This document shows, in pieces, positions 9,161-19,516 of a stretch of 64,000 bases of DNA. How positions within the stretch are numbered: the stretch's first letter is position 1; every line of letters starts with the position of its first letter. The notes below the pieces were generated by a model, which was given only the letters and a program-made list of their open reading frames with translations, did no database searches and was not told the DNA's origin. A program made the translations under genes and the position numbers. Where the stretch lies: positions 27,615-91,614 of IMG/VR virus record IMGVR_UViG_3300031951_000074; one strand, written 5' to 3'. This stretch comes from a virus. Lineage: Duplodnaviria; Caudoviricetes.

Positions 9161-10444
9161 ATGGCGAATGTAATCAAATTAAAAAATTCCGGAAATCCAG
9201 GGGTTATTCCAACACCAGTACAGTTAGTACATGGCGAATTGGCTATTAACTATGCTGATGGTAAGTTATATTACAAAAAATCAGATAATACCATAGGCAC
9301 AATAACCGCACAAGGCGGAAGCGGTTATGCACTAGCAGGTAACAACACAGATATTACCAGTCTTACAGGTATTACTGGTAATATCTCAACAATAAGTTAT
9401 GTAGACTTTAATTTAAATAGTAATGTTACTGACCAAGAAGGCCGGTTGTATTGGAATAACCAAGACAATACCTTGGATATTTCTCATTCTAGTACATTTA
9501 AATCTGCTGTCAATCAAACTTCAGTAGTTCCTCCATGTTTAAACAACAGTGGAACAGCGATTGCAAAAGGCAATCTTGTAATGGCCACAGGCAGTCAGGG
9601 CGATAAAATAACTATCGCAAAGGCTGTTACCAATGGAACTATAGCAGCACAGTACATGCTGGGTGTTGCAGGCGAAAATATAACATCAGGACAAGAATTT
9701 TCGCATATCATAACAACTGGTGTTGTTAGAGACATAAACACTGAAATTTGGCCTGTTGGAACTGTGTTATACCCAGATCCTGCAGTGCCTGGCGGCTTGA
9801 CGAGTGTTGTTCCAACAGCCCCAAGTCTAAAAACTCCAATTGCAATAGTACTTCGTTCGCATCAAAATACTGGGCGAATTTATGTACGAATGACTTGGGC
9901 CAGTGGTTTAGGAATCACAGACTCAAATGTTCAAGTCTCCAATGTACAAAATCAAAACGTTCTTCAGTATAACTCACTGTTGGGCGTTTGGCAGAATGTT
10001 CAAGATTTGTACTTAAATGGAGAGTTAAGCCACAAAGGATTGGTGTTAACAGAAGGTAATAAAATAGATCAGGTACTGACTATTACCAAAACTCTTACAC
10101 TTACAACAGACTGGCAAGACACAGGAATAGATTCCACAGACTTAGAAACTGGCACTTATATAGTCCAACTTTACGCAAACGACACTGGCTCAGGCGGAAC
10201 AAATAGTAATGAGTATTACAGTGGCACAATGAGTTGGTACAGTGGACAAACAAATAGTTCATTAGAACTACCAACAGACGAAATTGTGTTACACAGAGCA
10301 GGGGGCAGTGGCGACGGAGCCATGTACCTTAGAACCTATAGAACACCACTAGCGGATCCTAGTGATTTAAAACTTCAAATCTACTCAAACACGGCCAGTG
10401 CATCTAGCAGCAACTACGTGTTTAAATTTAGAAAAATGATATAA
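9161..10444 (+). CDS. Tail fibre / structural protein
   Basis: 427 aa; AGGAGG RBS; same N-terminal 'GELAINYADGKLYYKK' anchor as ORF 138. Confidence 0.75.
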   Translation: MANVIKLKNSGNPGVIPTPVQLVHGELAINYADGKLYYKKSDNTIGTITAQGGSGYALAGNNTDITSLTGITGNISTISYVDFNLNSNVTDQEGRLYWNNQDNTLDISHSSTFKSAVNQTSVVPPCLNNSGTAIAKGNLVMATGSQGDKITIAKAVTNGTIAAQYMLGVAGENITSGQEFSHIITTGVVRDINTEIWPVGTVLYPDPAVPGGLTSVVPTAPSLKTPIAIVLRSHQNTGRIYVRMTWASGLGITDSNVQVSNVQNQNVLQYNSLLGVWQNVQDLYLNGELSHKGLVLTEGNKIDQVLTITKTLTLTTDWQDTGIDSTDLETGTYIVQLYANDTGSGGTNSNEYYSGTMSWYSGQTNSSLELPTDEIVLHRAGGSGDGAMYLRTYRTPLADPSDLKLQIYSNTASASSSNYVFKFRKMI

Positions 10445-10458
10445 CTTAGGAGCACGAC

Positions 10459-12357
10459 ATGGCTTTTAAAATTAAAGACGGTGTTAGAATAGGCACCACG
10501 GACATATTTGATAATGCTGGAACGTTACTAGTTAACGCACCAACTGCAACCAAGTGGCTCAACGCAAGAACCATCACTCTTGGTGGTGATCTGAGCGGTA
10601 GCGTGTCCGTAGACGGGTCACAAAACGTTACACTAACTGCAACTATTGCTGCAGACTCTGTTGCTTTAGGCACAGATACAACAGGTAATTACGTAAGTCT
10701 GGTACAAAGCAGTGGAACTGGTATTGTTGTTAGTGGAACCGCTGGAGAAAATGCAACATTTTCAGTTGCCCACGCAGACACCTCAACACAAGCTACTGTA
10801 ACCAACAGTGGCAGAACATACCTTCAAAGCATTACACTAGATGATTTTGGACACATTACTGCAGTAACTAGTGCAACAGAGCCAACAGAAGGCAGTGGTA
10901 CTCTTACCCTAAACATAGGCAGTGCTGGAGCAACTGGTAGTTCTGTAACAATTGCTACAGGTACTGGATTTAATGCTAACAGCAGCTCAAACGTTACATA
11001 CAGTGTAAGCGTTGGTCCAGCCCTGAGCGGATTAGCCACAACAATGACAGGTGCTGGGTCAGGCTTCTTGAAAAAGACCGCGGCCGATACTTATACAATC
11101 GACACAAACACGTACTTAACGGCCGAATCAGACACGTTGGCCACAGTAACAGGACGTGGGGCAACAACAAGTACTGCATTGAGCTTAACCAACTCAACAG
11201 CAAGCTCTAATACAACCACTGGTGCTCTAGTAGTAACTGGCGGTGTTGGTATTGGCGGTGCTTTAAACGTTGGCGGAAACACAGGAGTTACCGGCAACTT
11301 AACCATCACCGGCAACTTGATTGTAAATGGCACAACCACAACAGTCAATTCAACCACAACAACCTTAGACGATCCCATTATTACTCTGGGTGGCGATAGT
11401 GCTCCTGGTACTGACGACAACAAAGATCGTGGTGTTGAGTTCCGTTGGCACAATGGTACCTCCGCTAAAATCGGTTTCTTTGGGTACGACGACAGCACAG
11501 GCAAGTTTACCTTTATTCCAGATGCTACAAACTCTTCAGAAGTGTTCTCTGGCACTACTGGAGAAATTGATGCAAAGATTGATTGGAGTAACATTCTTAA
11601 TACTCCAGCCGCAGCAACAGTAAATAACGGTACATTAACATTAACAGCATCAGCTGGTGCAACAAACACTTCAGTTACTATTGGTACAGGTACTGGCTTT
11701 AGTGCAAACGATTCAAACAACGAAACTTATGACATTGATGTAGGCCCTGCATTAAGCAACTTGGCTACAACAATGACTGGTGCTGGTAGTGGTTTTTTAA
11801 AGAAAACAGCACAAGACACTTATACTGTTGATACAAACACATACTTAACGACCGAGTCCGACACATTATCTAGTGTAACAGCCCGGGGAAATACTACTAC
11901 TGATATCATCATCGCTGCAAATACTACACAAAGTACCAGCTCTCTTACAGGTGCTATTGTAGTAGGCGGTGGTTTGGGTGTTGCAAAGAACATTACAACA
12001 AAAGCATCGGTTGTATATAACAATTCAAGTGACGCAAAAATCAGTGAAGATTCTGGTCTATCAGCAACAGTAGCAACCACAACTACTACAGATTTGGATA
12101 CTTGGGCAGTTGCAACTTATCGCAGTGCACGTTACTTGGTACAGATCACACAAGGATCAAACTATCAAGTTAGCGAAGTATTGGTATTACACAACGGTAC
12201 TACTACAACAATGACTGAATATGCTGTATTGGAAAGCAACGGTGCCTTGGGTACATTGACCAGCGACATAAATGCAGGTAATGCCCGCCTACGAGTTACG
12301 ATGGGCACCTCAACTTCTGCTACTGTCAAGATTCATCGCACTCTGGTAACAGTATAA
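10459..12357 (+). CDS. Tail fibre protein
   Basis: 632 aa, Thr/Gly-rich; 'ARTITLGGDLSGSVS.DGS', 'TGALVVTGGVGIGG', 'DPIITLGG..DDNKDRG' fibre motifs. Confidence 0.8.
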   Translation: MAFKIKDGVRIGTTDIFDNAGTLLVNAPTATKWLNARTITLGGDLSGSVSVDGSQNVTLTATIAADSVALGTDTTGNYVSLVQSSGTGIVVSGTAGENATFSVAHADTSTQATVTNSGRTYLQSITLDDFGHITAVTSATEPTEGSGTLTLNIGSAGATGSSVTIATGTGFNANSSSNVTYSVSVGPALSGLATTMTGAGSGFLKKTAADTYTIDTNTYLTAESDTLATVTGRGATTSTALSLTNSTASSNTTTGALVVTGGVGIGGALNVGGNTGVTGNLTITGNLIVNGTTTTVNSTTTTLDDPIITLGGDSAPGTDDNKDRGVEFRWHNGTSAKIGFFGYDDSTGKFTFIPDATNSSEVFSGTTGEIDAKIDWSNILNTPAAATVNNGTLTLTASAGATNTSVTIGTGTGFSANDSNNETYDIDVGPALSNLATTMTGAGSGFLKKTAQDTYTVDTNTYLTTESDTLSSVTARGNTTTDIIIAANTTQSTSSLTGAIVVGGGLGVAKNITTKASVVYNNSSDAKISEDSGLSATVATTTTTDLDTWAVATYRSARYLVQITQGSNYQVSEVLVLHNGTTTTMTEYAVLESNGALGTLTSDINAGNARLRVTMGTSTSATVKIHRTLVTV

Positions 12358-12387
12358 TTTTAACAACCTCGTGGATAGGGAAACGGG

Positions 12388-13812
12388 ATGGCTAACGAAT
12401 TCAAAGTAAAAAACGGGATTAAATTTCCAGACAACACAATCCAAACTACCGCTGCTGCCGGCAGCGGTACTAGTTCATTAGTAAGCGGCACAGCAGTAAA
12501 TAGTACTAGTGGCACAACAATTGATTTTACCAGTATTCCATCTTGGGTAAAACGCGTTACTGTTATGTTTAGTGCTGTAAGTACAAGTGGTACTTCGTCT
12601 TTATTGGTTCAAATCGGCGATAGTGGCGGAATCGAAACCACAGGGTACGATAGTTATGCATTGTACGCCCCTTCTAGTGGTGGATTTATTTCGTCCACTT
12701 CTGGATACGTTCTAGAACCAACAGGATATTTGAGCGGCACAATCGCCAGGTATGGTATGATTGTACTAGCCAATTTAACAGGTAACAACTGGGTAGCATC
12801 TTCGAATTTGTACGAAGGATCTGGCGGTGTTGTAGCAATGGCCGCCGGAGGAAAAACCCTTTCTGCAGTATTGGATCGTGTTCGTGTTACCACAGTTAAT
12901 GGTACCGATACTTTTGACGGCGGCACTATCAACATATTATATGAAGGTGGTGGCGTTGGAGGCACGCTGGATTCAATAACAGACGTTAGCGCCCCGGCTC
13001 CTTCTAATGGCCAAGCACTGGTTTGGAACAGTACTACTAGTCAATGGGAAGCTCAAACTGTAAGTGGTGGTGGTGGAACAGGTATTTCTTGGAGTAAAAA
13101 GACTAGTAACTATACTGCGTCAAGCGGAGACTTTTTATTAACCGATACAGGATCTGGCAGTTTTACCGTAACATTGCCGTCTTCACCAACTACTGGAAAT
13201 TTTGTTGTAGTAGCAGATGCCAATGATTGGAAAACAAACAATCTAATAATTGCAAGAAACGGTAGTACAATAGAAGGATTATCTGAAGACTTGTATTTAA
13301 ATATAAAAGGAATCCAGGTAAGTATTATATTTGATGGCACTACTTGGGAAGTGTTTGCTTTTGCAGCACCTTCTATAGATATTACAAACGATACTTCTAC
13401 CAATACTACACAGTATCTTACAATGTCGCGAGCCACAAGTGGGGCTCTGAACGGTGCCTATGTTAGCAATAGTGGTTTAACATTTAATCCAAGTACTGGT
13501 ACTCTGTCTTCTACCAATTACAACTCTTTATCAGATAAAAACCTTAAAAAGAATATACAGCCACTAGAAGATTATGGCTTTATATTAGATCAATTAAACC
13601 CTGTAAAATTTCAATGGAAGTCGAACGACAAAACAGGATTTGGTTTAATAGCTCAAGAGGTTGAAAAAGTATTACCAGAAATAGTAGAAGATAATGATAC
13701 TTATAAAACAGTAAGCTATCAACAGCTTATACCATTTTTATTAGCGTGTGTTAAACAACAGCAAAAAGAACTAGAAGAATTAAAGGAGATAGTAAATGGC
13801 AACATTAACTGA
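12388..13812 (+). CDS. Tail fibre with a C-terminal intramolecular chaperone (peptidase S74-like)
   Basis: C-terminal 'LSDKNLKKNI...GLIAQEVEKVLPEIV...' followed by a coiled coil. Confidence 0.85.
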   Translation: MANEFKVKNGIKFPDNTIQTTAAAGSGTSSLVSGTAVNSTSGTTIDFTSIPSWVKRVTVMFSAVSTSGTSSLLVQIGDSGGIETTGYDSYALYAPSSGGFISSTSGYVLEPTGYLSGTIARYGMIVLANLTGNNWVASSNLYEGSGGVVAMAAGGKTLSAVLDRVRVTTVNGTDTFDGGTINILYEGGGVGGTLDSITDVSAPAPSNGQALVWNSTTSQWEAQTVSGGGGTGISWSKKTSNYTASSGDFLLTDTGSGSFTVTLPSSPTTGNFVVVADANDWKTNNLIIARNGSTIEGLSEDLYLNIKGIQVSIIFDGTTWEVFAFAAPSIDITNDTSTNTTQYLTMSRATSGALNGAYVSNSGLTFNPSTGTLSSTNYNSLSDKNLKKNIQPLEDYGFILDQLNPVKFQWKSNDKTGFGLIAQEVEKVLPEIVEDNDTYKTVSYQQLIPFLLACVKQQQKELEELKEIVNGNIN

Positions 13813-14071
13813 TTTATTGGGCTCTACTTTTAGTGGGTTGGGCTTTACCTTTTATCCTTCTTTTAATTTAGCAACTGTTTACAATAAAAATGACGTAGTT
13901 CATTACAGTACAAATGGAAATACTTATGTGGCTATAGCTAACGGTATATCCACGGGAACTACTCCAGACCTGGATACTTCTAACTGGGCACTGTTTGTTC
14001 CAAAGGGTGATACGGGCGGTGGTGGAATTACAACAGGAAAAGCCATTGCAATGGCCATAGTTTTTGGATAA
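13796..14071 (+). CDS. Small structural protein (carbohydrate-binding-like module, ends GKAIAMAIVFG)
   Basis: AAGGAG RBS; 'YNKNDVVHY..NTYVA..TPD...W' module. Confidence 0.6.
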   Translation: MATLTDLLGSTFSGLGFTFYPSFNLATVYNKNDVVHYSTNGNTYVAIANGISTGTTPDLDTSNWALFVPKGDTGGGGITTGKAIAMAIVFG

Positions 14072-14083
14072 GGATAATAAAAA

Positions 14084-14449
14084 ATGGCAAATCCTAATAT
14101 TGTAAACGTAGCAACCATACTTGGAAGAACTGTTGGTGCTGCTTTAACTACAACTAGTGCCGACATTGTAACCAACAGTGCGGGTAGTAACAAGATTTTT
14201 AAAATCAACTCCGTCTATGTGTCTAATGTAGACGGAACCAATAATGCGACTGTTGATGTTACTTTTTACGATGCCAGCGCAACAACAAGTTATTATTTAG
14301 CGGATGCGATTGTTGTGCCTGTTACATCAACCTTAAAAGTAGTAACAAAAGATGCTTCTATTTACTTAGAAGAGGGCGATAAAATTGCAGCACTAGCCAG
14401 TGCTAATAATGATTTACAGATCGTTGTTAGTTACGAGGAGATCAGCTAA
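14084..14449 (+). CDS. Small virion structural protein (MANPNIVNV family)
   Basis: 121 aa; 'VSNVDGTN', 'IYLEEGD', 'VSYEEIS' motifs common in aquatic phage tail regions. Confidence 0.7.
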   Translation: MANPNIVNVATILGRTVGAALTTTSADIVTNSAGSNKIFKINSVYVSNVDGTNNATVDVTFYDASATTSYYLADAIVVPVTSTLKVVTKDASIYLEEGDKIAALASANNDLQIVVSYEEIS

Positions 14450-15366
14450 TGAACGGTAATTTAATAGGTGCTGTAAATTTACCAACTATTAGTTCTGCTT
14501 CAGGTGTATGGACTATTGAAGAAGTAAAACTAGCACGGCAGCAGAGTATTTGGCCAGGACTCATAGTTATAGACTACTTGATAGTTGCAGGCGGTGGCGG
14601 TGGTTCTGATTATGGTGCTGGTGGCGCCGGCGGATATAGAACAGGTACTATTAATACTGGTGTGTTTAATAACAGTTTTACTATTACTGTTGGTGCAGGT
14701 GGTTCCGGTGCAGCCACAGGCTCTAACGGATCAGACTCTGTACTAGGTACATTTGTATCATCAGGCGGCGGTAGAGGGGGAAAAGCAAACACAAGCCCGG
14801 GGCAAAATGGCGGATCTGGTGGCGGTGGTGGTTATGCAAGTACAGGCAATCCCGGAGGTTTGGGTAACACCCCAGCAACTACTCCATCACAAGGTAATAA
14901 CGGTGGAGCAGGTTATAATCTAAACGGTGCACCATTTGCAGCAGGTGGCGGAGGTGGTGCAGGTGCAGTGGGTCAGGCAGGTCAATCCACCATTGGTGGT
15001 GCGGGTGGTGCGGGGTCTTCTTCAACAATAACAGGTTCGTCAGTCACTTACGCAGGAGGTGGTGGGGGAGGACATTTCAGCGGAACCGGAGGAAATGCAA
15101 GTGGTGGTACCGGTGGGGGTGGTACAGGTGGTAAAAATAGCTCTGGTACAACTGCAGGCACTGCAAATACTGGCGGCGGCGGCGGCGGTTCTGGTGTAAC
15201 TAGCGGTTCTGGAGGATCTGGTGGTTCGGGGGTAGTAATTATAGCATATCTTGATTCTTTTCCGGCATTAAGTAGTATAGATGTTGGGTTAACATACGAC
15301 CAACCTTCAAGATCAGGTTACAGAGTATATAGATTTACTGCAGGTACCGGAACCGTTACGGTTTAA
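14449..15366 (+). CDS. Glycine-rich tail fibre/adhesin protein
   Basis: 305 aa; 'YLIVAGGGGG...GGAGGY...GGSGVVII' glycine-rich domain. Confidence 0.75.
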   Translation: MNGNLIGAVNLPTISSASGVWTIEEVKLARQQSIWPGLIVIDYLIVAGGGGGSDYGAGGAGGYRTGTINTGVFNNSFTITVGAGGSGAATGSNGSDSVLGTFVSSGGGRGGKANTSPGQNGGSGGGGGYASTGNPGGLGNTPATTPSQGNNGGAGYNLNGAPFAAGGGGGAGAVGQAGQSTIGGAGGAGSSSTITGSSVTYAGGGGGGHFSGTGGNASGGTGGGGTGGKNSSGTTAGTANTGGGGGGSGVTSGSGGSGGSGVVIIAYLDSFPALSSIDVGLTYDQPSRSGYRVYRFTAGTGTVTV

Positions 15367-15381
15367 ATAAAGAGAATAAAA

Positions 15382-15756
15382 ATGGCACACTATGCTTTTA
15401 TAGATGACAATAATATAGTCACAGAGGTTATTGTAGGAAAAGATGAGAATGAAGGTTTAATTAATTGGGAGGAATACTACGGTAATTTTAGAAAAAAACG
15501 CTGCCTTCGCACTTCTTTTAATACATACGGTAATAAGCACTTAAATAATGGCACACCGTTTAGGAAAAATTATGCAGGTGTAGGATATACCTATGACACT
15601 CGACTAGATGCATTCATTCCACCTAAACCATATAGCAGTTGGGTATTAGATGAAGAAACATGTATTTGGCAAGCACCTGTTCCCATGCCGAATGACGGAT
15701 CGTCGTATATTTGGGATGAAGAATCAACGTCTTGGAAAAATAATAATATCAATTAA
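15382..15756 (+). CDS. Conserved tail-associated protein (MAHYA...FRKNYAG...DAFIPPKP family)
   Basis: 124 aa; motifs typical of partners of glycine-rich fibre genes. Confidence 0.7.
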   Translation: MAHYAFIDDNNIVTEVIVGKDENEGLINWEEYYGNFRKKRCLRTSFNTYGNKHLNNGTPFRKNYAGVGYTYDTRLDAFIPPKPYSSWVLDEETCIWQAPVPMPNDGSSYIWDEESTSWKNNNIN

Positions 15757-15782
15757 ATAAGCCGAGTTCAAAAGGAGCGAAG

Positions 15783-16313
15783 ATGGCTATTAAAGTACAA
15801 AATACTACTGTAATAAATGACAGTAGACAGTTAGAAAATATAAGTAATTTAAAGACTGTTAACAGTCAAAGTATATTGGGGGCTGGCGATATTTCTATTA
15901 CTGGTATTCCAACAGCCGGTACAACGGGACAAGTACTTACAAAAAATAGTTCTACAAACTACGATGTTTCTTGGATAAATCCAGGAAATGAAGTAACCTC
16001 AACTGTTACCAGTAGTGCAGGTGCTGCTACCATAAATACCAGTCTAGCAACTGTATTTTTGCATTCTTTAACAGAGAATACCACATATACATTTTCTAAT
16101 CCTCCTGCAAGCGGAACTGGATATACTATTACTTTAAAAATAGTACAAAACAGCACTCCTCGTACAATTACTTGGCCAGCCAGTGTAAAATGGGTAGCTG
16201 CATCACCGCCAACACTATCAACAGGAAGCGGCGACGTTGACGTATTTGCGTTTTTTACGCATGATGCAGGAACTAACTGGTATGGTTTTGTTGCTGGACA
16301 GGATCTGTCATGA
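15783..16313 (+). CDS. Tail fibre-like structural protein
   Basis: AGGAG RBS; 'RTITWPASVKW...PTLS..DVFAF' C-terminal domain. Confidence 0.7.
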   Translation: MAIKVQNTTVINDSRQLENISNLKTVNSQSILGAGDISITGIPTAGTTGQVLTKNSSTNYDVSWINPGNEVTSTVTSSAGAATINTSLATVFLHSLTENTTYTFSNPPASGTGYTITLKIVQNSTPRTITWPASVKWVAASPPTLSTGSGDVDVFAFFTHDAGTNWYGFVAGQDLS

Positions 16314-17860
16314 GTTCCAATAGAAAGATATTAATGGCAGCTGCTGGTAACACTAAGCCTGGGTGGGAATTGGACAAAGCAGTTTTACCAAATTTTTTGA
16401 ATGTTAATAGTCAGACCGCCAATGCATTTGGAATGTTCTTTAGCCCTGATGGCTTAAACTTGTATATTGGAGGTGATTCTTCAGTATTTCAGTATGTGTT
16501 GAGTACTGCTTGGTTGGTATCCACAGCTACATACACAAGATCTTTTACTTTTACAAATTCAATAGTGGGTGTACATTTTAGTACAGACGGTACTAAAATG
16601 TTTATAATAAATCCGAATCACTTAATAACAAGGTACACAGTGAGCACTCCTTGGAATATAAGTACTCTTACCTATGGTGGAGAAATTCAACTCTACTCGT
16701 ACGATACCTCACCCCAAGATCTATTTTTTAGCTCTGATGGTACTATCATGTATACTTTAGGATCTACAACTGACTCCGTGTATCAATTTACTTTAGGATC
16801 TGCCTGGAGTTTGTCTAGTGTAACGTATGTTCAAAGCTTTTCAGTCACAGCACAAGACACAACGCCAACTGGTTTATTTTTTAAAGCAGACGGCACTAAG
16901 ATGTACGTCATGGGACTTGCAGGAGACGATATAAATGAATACGCTCTTAGTACTGCATGGAATATAAGTACAGCAAGTTTTGTGCGAGTCAGCGGAGGTA
17001 CTCCAGAAGGAAGTCCAGGTGGTTTATTTTTTAAACCTGATGGTTCTGTGGTATATTTTGTCGGAAGTGGTCTAGACACAGTTTATACCTATATTGCTAC
17101 AACTCCTTGGAATGTATCCACGCTTAAAACAGACAGATTTTTTAGAGTTGCAACCCAAGAGACGAGTCCGCAAGCAATATTCTTTAAACCAGATGGTACA
17201 AAAATGTACGTCATGGGATCTACAGGAGACGATGTCAATGAATACAGTCTTAGTACTGCCTGGGATATATCCAGTGCTACTTATGTAAGAATATTTGTTG
17301 TTTCAACACAAGAAACAACGCCAACTGGTTTATTTTTTAAAGCAGACGGTACTAGAATGTACGTAGTAGGTAGTACTGGCGACGATATAAACGAATACAG
17401 TCTTAGTACTCCATGGGATATAAGTACTGCTACTTATGTAAGAGTTTCTTTAGCGCTAACGGAAACTAATCCACAAGCACTATTCTTTAAACCAGATGGT
17501 ACTAAGATGTATTTAATAGGTAGTACATACGATCAGGTGGCGGAATACGACTTGTTAACTGCATGGAATGTAAACACTCTAGCCTCTGTAGGAACATTCT
17601 CTCCTGGATTCGACACTGGGCCTACAGGAATATTTTTTAAACCAGATGGTTCTAGAATGTTTCTTTATGGATTTGGTAATGACAAAGTTTATTCTTATAA
17701 TCTAAGTACTGCATGGAATATTTCAACGGCATCATACTACCAACAATTGAGTTTAAAAAATCTGGATGAAATAATAAATGATATTTATATAAGACCAGAC
17801 GGTAAAAAGTTGTATGCTGTAGGCAGTACAATTGATGCAGTTTTTGAAATAAATTTATAA
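16310..17860 (+). CDS. Beta-propeller repeat protein (putative receptor-binding/tail tip)
   Basis: About ten ~50-aa repeats 'P.GLFFKPDGTKMYV.G...D.INEY.LSTAWDISTA'. Confidence 0.8.
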   Translation: MSSNRKILMAAAGNTKPGWELDKAVLPNFLNVNSQTANAFGMFFSPDGLNLYIGGDSSVFQYVLSTAWLVSTATYTRSFTFTNSIVGVHFSTDGTKMFIINPNHLITRYTVSTPWNISTLTYGGEIQLYSYDTSPQDLFFSSDGTIMYTLGSTTDSVYQFTLGSAWSLSSVTYVQSFSVTAQDTTPTGLFFKADGTKMYVMGLAGDDINEYALSTAWNISTASFVRVSGGTPEGSPGGLFFKPDGSVVYFVGSGLDTVYTYIATTPWNVSTLKTDRFFRVATQETSPQAIFFKPDGTKMYVMGSTGDDVNEYSLSTAWDISSATYVRIFVVSTQETTPTGLFFKADGTRMYVVGSTGDDINEYSLSTPWDISTATYVRVSLALTETNPQALFFKPDGTKMYLIGSTYDQVAEYDLLTAWNVNTLASVGTFSPGFDTGPTGIFFKPDGSRMFLYGFGNDKVYSYNLSTAWNISTASYYQQLSLKNLDEIINDIYIRPDGKKLYAVGSTIDAVFEINL

Positions 17861-17871
17861 AAGGAATAATA

Positions 17872-18303
17872 ATGCATTTAAAAATCCTACCAGACAATTC
17901 TGTATTATTTCCATACAGTTTATCTGATCTATACAACTCAAATCCAAATACAAGTTTTCCCTCAACATTATCAGAAGAACTATTAAATAGTTATAAAATA
18001 TATTCTGTAAAAGCAACTCCACCAATACAAATCGACCCTAAAACGCATAAACTGGTACAAAGTGCAGAAAAAGTAGGTGAAATCTGGACTCAGGTTTGGA
18101 ATACTGAACCACTGAATGTTGAAACCGCCAGCCTAAACGTACGAGCACACAGAAATAAATTGTTAACAAAATCAGACTGGACACAAACAGAAGACAGTCC
18201 TGTTAACAAGGCCTCTTGGAAGACATATCGTCAAGCACTACGAGATATTAGTCTTCAAACCAACTTTCCCCATGAAGTAACGTGGCCGACACCACCAAAT
18301 TGA
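17872..18303 (+). CDS. Phage tail assembly chaperone
   Basis: C-terminal 'VRAHRNKLLTKSDWTQ..W..YRQALRDI..Q..FP..V.WP..P'. Confidence 0.85.
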   Translation: MHLKILPDNSVLFPYSLSDLYNSNPNTSFPSTLSEELLNSYKIYSVKATPPIQIDPKTHKLVQSAEKVGEIWTQVWNTEPLNVETASLNVRAHRNKLLTKSDWTQTEDSPVNKASWKTYRQALRDISLQTNFPHEVTWPTPPN

Positions 18304-18325
18304 GATTTAAATAAAGGAGTCCACT

Positions 18326-18790
18326 ATGGACCCTATTACTGCAATAGCTATGGCGAGTACTGCATTGGGTACAATTAAAAGCGCTATAAACACTGGAAAG
18401 GAAATTCACGAAGTAACCAGTGAAATAGGCAAATTTTTTGGAGCGGTAACAACCGCAAGGAGTATTCCAAAAAAGAAAAAGTCTATTTTTAAAAAGTTAT
18501 TGGATAAAGGGTCCGTAGAGCAAGAAGCTCTGGAAACAATTGTCAATCAGAAAAAACTGGAGCAAATGGAGTCTGAACTACGTGAGTTAATCGTGTATAC
18601 TTATGGTGTAGAAACCTACAGAGACATGATTATCTTGCGTAGAAAGATAAAACTGGACAGAGAATTAGAGGAAAAGAAAGAGCTTTTGAAAAGAAAAGAA
18701 CTGTTTGAAAACTATATTTATGCAGCCGTTATAATGGGATGTGTTGGTGTAATAGCTTGGATAACAATCGTAATACTACAAAATATATAA
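18326..18790 (+). CDS. Membrane-anchored coiled-coil protein at the head of the lysis cassette
   Basis: AAGGAG RBS; MDPITAIA start; C-terminal TM helix. Confidence 0.6.
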   Translation: MDPITAIAMASTALGTIKSAINTGKEIHEVTSEIGKFFGAVTTARSIPKKKKSIFKKLLDKGSVEQEALETIVNQKKLEQMESELRELIVYTYGVETYRDMIILRRKIKLDRELEEKKELLKRKELFENYIYAAVIMGCVGVIAWITIVILQNI

Positions 18791-18794
18791 AATC

Positions 18795-19262
18795 ATGGAA
18801 CAAGTATTGTGGATTTTAGGGTTCTTGCCCAAAGCTTTCTGGTTTCTTTTGTTGATAATCTCTTTTTTAGTGTTGTTATTGAATAGGCTTTTAAATAAAA
18901 TTCCAGGATTTTATTTGTACAGTGGTTACATAAAAACCGCCTCCGTAATAGCACTGATTGTTTCTTCTTGGTTTATTGGATACAACTACAATGAAACCAA
19001 GTGGCAAACAGAAATAAAAGAAACAAAACAAAAGATAGAAGTACTGGAACAAAAGAATAAAGACTTGAGTAACACACTAGAAACCCGTTCTCAAGAAAAG
19101 ATTGTTGAAATACAAGAAAAAACAAGAAACGTAATAAAGTTTGTAGAAAAGCAAGTGCTCCAAGACAAAGAAGTAATTAAGTATGTAGAAAGTTGTCCAA
19201 AACTGCCAGATGCTGTATTAGAAGCACATAATAGAGCAGCTCACTTGGAGAAGCAAAAATGA
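18795..19262 (+). CDS. Putative inner-membrane spanin (Rz-like)
   Basis: N-terminal TM helices and a periplasmic coiled coil; overlaps a lipoprotein gene. Confidence 0.65.
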   Translation: MEQVLWILGFLPKAFWFLLLIISFLVLLLNRLLNKIPGFYLYSGYIKTASVIALIVSSWFIGYNYNETKWQTEIKETKQKIEVLEQKNKDLSNTLETRSQEKIVEIQEKTRNVIKFVEKQVLQDKEVIKYVESCPKLPDAVLEAHNRAAHLEKQK

Positions 19263-19516
19263 AAATTTTTGTAGGTTTAGTACTGAGTTTGTTATTAACC
19301 GGCTGTTGGAAAACTATTCCCACTTTTCCAACACCTCCGCCTTCAGCCATGGAAAGTTGCCCCGTTTTAGAAAAAGCAAATGACGCAGATTTAGAGTCTT
19401 TTATTAAAACAGTAATAAAAAACTATGAGTCTTATTATTTGTGTAAAAATAAAACAGATACTTGGATAAAGTGGTATAGTGATACTTCAAAAAACTATAA
19501 GGAATCTATTAAATGA
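19259..19516 (+). CDS. Putative outer-membrane spanin lipoprotein (Rz1-like)
   Basis: Lipobox LLTGC, Pro-rich linker, overlaps the i-spanin candidate. Confidence 0.7.
   Translation: MKIFVGLVLSLLLTGCWKTIPTFPTPPPSAMESCPVLEKANDADLESFIKTVIKNYESYYLCKNKTDTWIKWYSDTSKNYKESIK

Noticed and set aside
138-17860. Diversity-generating retroelement acting on the fibre genes
   Set aside because: No reverse transcriptase in the window and no template/variable repeat pair differing only at adenines was seen; repeats are in-frame coding duplications
16310-17860. CRISPR-like periodic repeats
   Set aside because: The periodicity is degenerate, in-frame beta-propeller coding repeats, with no identical repeats separated by unique spacers
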